From NCBI GenBank assembly GCA_028867755.1, contig JAGWFT010000001.1, positions 484,727-548,726 on the forward strand: DNA of 64,000 nt, written 5' to 3'. Source of the DNA: Nitrososphaerota archaeon. GTDB lineage: Archaea; Thermoproteota; Nitrososphaeria; Nitrososphaerales; Nitrosopumilaceae. This document shows, one piece after another, positions 59,104 through 64,000 of the stretch (position 1 is the first letter of the stretch; every line of letters begins with the position of its first letter). The translations under genes and the position numbers were made by a program. Below the pieces are notes generated by a model, which ran no database searches, was not told the origin of the DNA, and saw only the letters and a program-made list of their open reading frames with translations.

Positions 59104-59742
59104 CTACTTGGCCTTCTTTTCTGCGGCTGGTTTAGCTGCAGCAGGTTTTGTGTCTTTTGCAGCAGCTGCAGATCCCTTTGCAGCAGCTGCAGGAGCTGCT
59201 GTAGTGCCACTAGCAGGAGCAGCTGCAGGAGCTGCTGTAGTGCCACTAGCAGGAGCAGCTGCACCTTCAACTGGTGCACCGGCTGGCAATACTTTGCCAC
59301 CTTTGCGAACTCCTACGGCACCACCTTTTCTTCCAGTAGTACGAGTTCTCTGACCTCTTACCTTTAATCCATAAGTATGACGAAATCCTCTCCAACTATT
59401 CATTCCTTTTTCTCTTTCAATATCATTTCTAACATTGAAGTCAATATCTGAAGTAATCAAATGTATATTGCTACCTGTGTCCATATCTTTTCTTCTGTTA
59501 AGAAACCACGGAGGTATATTTACTGATGATGGGTTTTTCATCGCCTTTTCTATCTCTTCTACCTGAGACTCGGTGAGAAAACCTACGTTACTGTTGGGGT
59601 TTATTTTTAATATATCTAGAATAGATTTTGCAAAATTGTAACCAATTCCTTTTATTTGGCTTATGCCTATTATTGTCTTTTTAGTACCGTGTATATCTTT
59701 ACCTGCAATCCTAACTATGTGTCTAAATTCTTGTGAAGACAA
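59104..59742 (-). CDS. rps13: 30S ribosomal protein S13 with Ala/Pro/Lys-rich C-terminal extension
   Basis: [37 protein letters not shown]. Confidence 0.97.
   Translation of the reverse strand: MSSQEFRHIVRIAGKDIHGTKKTIIGISQIKGIGYNFAKSILDILKINPNSNVGFLTESQVEEIEKAMKNPSSVNIPPWFLNRRKDMDTGSNIHLITSDIDFNVRNDIEREKGMNSWRGFRHTYGLKVRGQRTRTTGRKGGAVGVRKGGKVLPAGAPVEGAAAPASGTTAAPAAAPASGTTAAPAAAAKGSAAAAKDTKPAAAKPAAEKKAK
59182..59263. repeat. 36-bp in-frame tandem repeat (about 2.3 copies) in the rps13 tail
   Basis: GCAGCTGCAGGAGCTGCTGTAGTGCCACTAGCAGGA at 59183 and 59219, plus a partial third copy; encodes [12 protein letters not shown]. Confidence 0.95.
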
Positions 59743-59768
59743 GTATTGGAAAATCCCCTCTATCCCCG

Positions 59769-59781
59769 ATAAAAACCATAC
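59769..59781 (-). promoter_or_regulatory. TATA-containing promoter motif GTATGGTTTTTAT upstream of rps13
   Basis: 27 bp before the rps13 TTG start; identical to 54188-54200. Confidence 0.6.
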
Positions 59782-59827
59782 TAAAACAAATAATACTTTA
59801 AATCAGAATTAGATTGTACTTAGCGTA

Positions 59828-61462
59828 TTGACTCAGGATTTTGGAAATCTTGTTAATCAAAGTTACAACTCGGAACCAAAATATACTGAAATAATGGCAG
59901 GTGTTCCAGAGGATTACAAACAGATCAGGACACTTAGAGATCTTCTAGAAATAAATTACAAGATAGTGGGTGCCAAGGAGCAGCTGAGAAGAAACCTAAT
60001 TTCGAAGATCAAAAAAAATGCCATAAAGTATCCCGGCATAATTGGATTTGACAATGATGTCATTCCGTCTCTTGATCGTGCCATTTTATCATCTCATGAT
60101 GTAATATTGGTTGGGCAGATAGGTCAGGCCAAAACAAAGATTGTTCAAACAATTGCAGAAAACCTACTATCGCCACTGCCAGTGATTAGAGGAAGTGTCA
60201 CAAATGATTGTCCAATGGATCTACCTGCTCACGAACTAATTCTCCTGCTACAGGATGGAACAAACACTATGTCAAGTCCCCGGTTTTACATAGATTCTAA
60301 CAGTATGGAAATGATTCGTAACAATAAACTTGAAACACCAATAGAATGGATCCCAGGTAAAGACAGATTCAAGTATGTTCTTGCAACACCAGACATTTCT
60401 GTAAAGGATCTGGTGGGACAGATTGATGCAATGAAAATAATAAAAAAAGGAACAGAATTGTATGAGATTACATCTTATTCTTCAGGTCAGCTAATGCAGG
60501 CAAAACATGGCTTATTTTGCATTGATGAACTTCCTGTCCTTGATACACGAAAGCAAGTATCTCTCCTTTCAGTATTGCAAGAAGGGAGATTCACAACAGG
60601 TGCCTACCCAGTAATTTTTGAACCAAAAACTGTATTTTTTGCTACTGCAAATCCAATAGATTATACTCATGCTGGTAAAATAATTGAGCCCCTCTATGAC
60701 AGATTAAAGAGTCACATACATACACATTATCCAAAAACATTGAATGACGAAATGATAATAGTTGTTCAGGAATCCAAGATCCCAAAATCATTCATTCCTA
60801 TTTTTATGCTCAAAGCATTAGTGAGAATAATACAAAATGCACGTTCAAGTCATGAAATTAATCAAGACAAAGGTGTCAGTGTAAGAACAGGGGTTCATAG
60901 TCTTGAACTGCTAGTTGGTGAGGCAGAAAGAACCAGATCTTTGTCTCACAACATATTGCCAGTACCAAGACCTAGTGATATCTTCTGTATAGAACAATGT
61001 GTAAAGTTTGAACTTGCCGAATTGGATGAGACTGCGGAAAATCGCCAAAAGACACTAAAGAATCTGATCACCATTGCTATGAAGGATACTTCCCTCGAAT
61101 ACATCAATGATGTAGACCAGAATATTCTTGAAATAATAAAAAAGGAATTCATAGGTAAAACCTTTGTAGTTTCCCAAGAAATTTTAGGTTTTAATAGTAT
61201 GTCAACTTCCTATGAAAATCAACTCCAAAATTTCAAGTCTTTGTCAGATTTGGTGGATAAAATTTACCAAAAGATATTGCCAGAACAAAGAGAATTTGTA
61301 AATCAATCTAAAAAATACAATGTGTATCCAGATACATTGGAATTTTCCGAAATGGCACATCACGAACTCAGGGCTGCTATATTAGAATTAATTTTAGATG
61401 GACTTTGTCATGTGGAACCTAAGATTTTGGACAGGAAAGAAGGCGCATATGTTGCAGCGTAA
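59828..61462 (+). CDS. MoxR/Mg-chelatase-like AAA+ ATPase
   Basis: GIIGFD, Walker A GQIGQAKT, LATPD, Walker B CIDELP, FATANP.DY, R-finger DRL. Confidence 0.88.
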   Translation: MTQDFGNLVNQSYNSEPKYTEIMAGVPEDYKQIRTLRDLLEINYKIVGAKEQLRRNLISKIKKNAIKYPGIIGFDNDVIPSLDRAILSSHDVILVGQIGQAKTKIVQTIAENLLSPLPVIRGSVTNDCPMDLPAHELILLLQDGTNTMSSPRFYIDSNSMEMIRNNKLETPIEWIPGKDRFKYVLATPDISVKDLVGQIDAMKIIKKGTELYEITSYSSGQLMQAKHGLFCIDELPVLDTRKQVSLLSVLQEGRFTTGAYPVIFEPKTVFFATANPIDYTHAGKIIEPLYDRLKSHIHTHYPKTLNDEMIIVVQESKIPKSFIPIFMLKALVRIIQNARSSHEINQDKGVSVRTGVHSLELLVGEAERTRSLSHNILPVPRPSDIFCIEQCVKFELAELDETAENRQKTLKNLITIAMKDTSLEYINDVDQNILEIIKKEFIGKTFVVSQEILGFNSMSTSYENQLQNFKSLSDLVDKIYQKILPEQREFVNQSKKYNVYPDTLEFSEMAHHELRAAILELILDGLCHVEPKILDRKEGAYVAA

Positions 61463-61463
61463 C

Positions 61464-62795
61464 ATGGCAAACTTTATCTATTTTTTGAATGAAAGGAAAA
61501 ACTCGAAAGGATCTGACTCTGAGTTATCCAATGAACAACTCAGTAAAATTCTAAAGACAATGGCAAAGCAAGTATTAAAAGAAAAACTGCCCTCTGTGCA
61601 TGATTTAGAGAGAATACTCCAAGGAATAACACAGGACCAGCCATCGCAATCTAAAACTGATGAAGAATCTACAAATGAATTAGACATTCATGGTAACACA
61701 GAACCAATAACAAAATATCTACAAAAAAAGGGCTATCTAAAAGATGACAAAAAATGGCTTACCCACAAAGGATTTTTTGAGATTGGCCAGAGAATGCTCG
61801 AGGATATTACAAAAGCAATAAACGAAGGGGAATTTGGACTTCATGAAACAAAAAACATAGGCTCTGGTAGTGTAGTACTAGATACAACAAAAAAGCTTGA
61901 GATAGGTGATGATATCAAAAATCTTGACATTCCAAAGACAATACTAAACTCTATACAAAGATCTAGGAATAAACAATCCGCATTGGAAATGCCACTCCAA
62001 CTAGAGTTTGAAGACTTTGAAAAATTTGAGACGCGAGATGAAGCAAAAGTTGCAGTAGTATACTGCATTGATCTTAGCTCCACAATGAAATACTCTCTTG
62101 GTTCAGGTGAGGGGAGTAGAATAGAAGCTGCAAAGAAAGCTCTGTGGGCATTATATGTATTGAATAAGAAATTCTTTCCAAATGATTCTATTTACATTAT
62201 AGGCTTTGGCTCATTGGCGTCGGAAATCAGACAACATGATATCCCATACCTCAAAACTTATGATGCGAACGATAATTTCTTACATTATACCAATTATCAA
62301 GCTGCTTTTCGACTTGCTTTGAAGATATTGAAAAAAGATGGCGCTTACAATAAGAGAATAGTTATGATTACAGATGGTCAACCATCTGCATGTTTTATCG
62401 ATGACGAGTCTCAAAAAAATGCGATCTTATCAGATAAACCATATTCTCATTTCTATAGGCCAGATGAGGAAACTCTTGCTAAACTAAAAAATGATAGAGA
62501 AATAAAATTAGATATAGCAAGTGAGATGGTGTATCTGTGTTACAGGTATAGGCAAGTAGACCCAGCCATTGATGCTAAAACATTACAAGAAGCAAAAAAG
62601 TGTAAACGGGAAGGAATTGAGATTGATACTATTGTTGTGAGTGAGGAAGCAGAGCTATTAACCTACGTTGAAAACCTAGAAAAGCACCTAAAGGGAAGAT
62701 CCTATTATATCAATCCTGAAAAAATTGATAAAATTCTAATAAGTGACTTTATCTCAAACAAGAAAAGAATACTTAGCTCAAGGCATAGTTGGTAA
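61464..62795 (+). CDS. vWA domain protein, partner of the AAA+ ATPase
   Basis: MIDAS-like DLSSTM, TNYQAA, MITDGQP. Start trimmed from 61398 to the ATG 2 nt after the AAA stop. Confidence 0.88.
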   Translation: MANFIYFLNERKNSKGSDSELSNEQLSKILKTMAKQVLKEKLPSVHDLERILQGITQDQPSQSKTDEESTNELDIHGNTEPITKYLQKKGYLKDDKKWLTHKGFFEIGQRMLEDITKAINEGEFGLHETKNIGSGSVVLDTTKKLEIGDDIKNLDIPKTILNSIQRSRNKQSALEMPLQLEFEDFEKFETRDEAKVAVVYCIDLSSTMKYSLGSGEGSRIEAAKKALWALYVLNKKFFPNDSIYIIGFGSLASEIRQHDIPYLKTYDANDNFLHYTNYQAAFRLALKILKKDGAYNKRIVMITDGQPSACFIDDESQKNAILSDKPYSHFYRPDEETLAKLKNDREIKLDIASEMVYLCYRYRQVDPAIDAKTLQEAKKCKREGIEIDTIVVSEEAELLTYVENLEKHLKGRSYYINPEKIDKILISDFISNKKRILSSRHSW

Positions 62796-63109
62796 ATATG
62801 AGAGAAGATTTTGATAAACGTCAAATGATGAATGCACTAACTGATCCTAATGTTTCTGCGATTCTATCTGAACTAGAAAATGGTGAACAGAATTTGTTCT
62901 ACCTTGCTGAAAAACTACAGATATCTGAAAATGAGATAAAAGATCGACTTTCATATGTTATTGAACATGAGTTCGTTATTATCAGACAAGATGAAAAAAA
63001 TACAACTCTTAGTGTAGATAAAGATAAACTCAATAAAATTATGGAAGCAGATGAAAACTTTGACAGTTTGGTTAATGGATTGACCGAGCTAGACCAATTC
63101 CTCAATTAA
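62789..63109 (+). CDS. Small hypothetical protein, possible ArsR-like wHTH
   Basis: ALTDPNVSAILSEL...LAEKLQISENEIKDRLSYV helix pattern. Confidence 0.65.
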   Translation: MVNMREDFDKRQMMNALTDPNVSAILSELENGEQNLFYLAEKLQISENEIKDRLSYVIEHEFVIIRQDEKNTTLSVDKDKLNKIMEADENFDSLVNGLTELDQFLN

Positions 63110-63611
63110 TATTTGATTTACCTCGATTTTTTATAAAGTACATCATACCTATAGCAAGACCACTTAGACCCACTATCAAAACTATAATGCTTAATGCATC
63201 AAGCAAGGTTGCACCTTGCGGATAATACCCTATAATTCCAAGTACCTGGATATCTTGCGGTGCTGCGTTTTGTATCTTCAACTCATAAATGCCTGTTGAA
63301 GAGATTGTGAAATTTTCTTGAAATGAACTTTTTATTATTGATTTCGTGGTAATGATGCTTCCACTAGGATCTATGACACTGACATTTATGTTATCCCCAT
63401 CTTTGAAATCTGATATTTGGACTGAATATGCCCCATCTTTACTCTCAATAGGGTCTAAGCTCTTGCTGACATTCATGGATGTATTCGTTGTTAGACTTTG
63501 TTGTACACTCGCAAGACTATTCATTTCAGTTTCGGATTGAGAAAATGAAATTAATATGCCAATTATTACAAGAATTCCGCTGATTATGAGTATAGTTTTT
63601 GACTTTGACAC
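63102..63611 (-). CDS. Hypothetical membrane protein with N- and C-terminal TM around a beta-rich domain
   Basis: Hydrophobic termini; VSVIDPSG...GIYELKIQN resembles a GOLD-like beta sandwich. Confidence 0.7.
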   Translation of the reverse strand: MSKSKTILIISGILVIIGILISFSQSETEMNSLASVQQSLTTNTSMNVSKSLDPIESKDGAYSVQISDFKDGDNINVSVIDPSGSIITTKSIIKSSFQENFTISSTGIYELKIQNAAPQDIQVLGIIGYYPQGATLLDALSIIVLIVGLSGLAIGMMYFIKNRGKSNIN

Positions 63612-63731
63612 ATTGAAGCTCCCGAAGAAGCCTTAGTTAAAACCTGCTGTTTTCAAGTCTTGTTGACTATGCCCTGATTATCAAAACCAGTATAAATTAT
63701 TCGACAAGGTTAATTCCAAGAAACTCACCAA

Positions 63732-64000
63732 ATGATAATGTTGTACAAAACGTGTGCTCTTTTGTTAATCGTGTTACTAGTTTTTCCACAAGTATTGTCA
63801 TCTAATGTGAAAGGATACTCCGATCATCCAAATCTATTTGTATCCGCAGAAAATAGCGCTTTTCAAAATCATTTTTCTGGAGCAATGGTGGTTGAAGTGA
63901 TAATTAAGGGAAGTAATGTACAATTAGATCAAGCTCAAGGTGAACCCAATGTCAATGTAAACGGAAAACAACTTCGTATGGCTCAAGCATCAGATGGTTA
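63732..64000 (+). CDS. N-terminus of a thaumarchaeal S-layer (SlaA-like) family secreted protein, truncated by window edge
   Basis: Manual translation: signal peptide, then NLFVSAENSAFQNHFSGAMVVEVII...GEPNVNVNGKQLRMAQASDG, matching from recall the N-terminus of Nitrosopumilus S-layer-type proteins. Confidence 0.7.
   Translation, partial: MIMLYKTCALLLIVLLVFPQVLSSNVKGYSDHPNLFVSAENSAFQNHFSGAMVVEVIIKGSNVQLDQAQGEPNVNVNGKQLRMAQASDG

Noticed and set aside
59037-59367. Leu/Gln-rich and Cys/Ser-rich alternative-frame ORFs
   Set aside because: By-products of the GCA/GCT repeat in the rps13 tail
1-64000. CRISPR array, cas genes, integrase, transposase or prophage
   Set aside because: No regularly spaced repeats and no recombinase, transposase or viral hallmark motifs were seen. 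The only tandem repeat is in-frame inside rps13.

Overview
Mostly core-genome DNA of an ammonia-oxidising archaeon (Nitrososphaerota/Thaumarchaeota). A Nitrosopumilales member such as Nitrosotalea is my inference from gene content and protein style. The window holds about 70 CDS and 4 tRNAs (Arg-TCG, Arg-TCT, His-GTG, Leu-GAG). Main contents: (i) tetraether lipid synthase (Tes-like radical SAM), divergent from TrmB and DtxR regulators and an unannotated Cys-rich microprotein; (ii) an AT-rich surface-glycan cluster at about 7-15.7 kb; (iii) a giant membrane-anchored subtilase with a stalk-like neighbour, followed by the Rieske/cytochrome b/cupredoxin complex III; (iv) a tRNA-modification cluster (tgtA, kae1, bud32, tyw1); (v) the rpoN-eno-rps2-memo-mvk-ipk-idi-GGPPS-gltX superoperon; (vi) rps13-rps4, glmS, a MoxR-like AAA+/vWA pair and the start of an S-layer-type protein. 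I saw no CRISPR array, integrase, transposase or prophage. The leading leads are a type-1 IDI lacking the canonical catalytic Cys, a SufT/DUF59-PqqD(RRE) fusion, a stalk plus subtilase surface module, small ORFs missed by the ORF track, and an identical 13-bp promoter motif ahead of rpoN and rps13. Family assignments come from motif recognition only; no database search was run.
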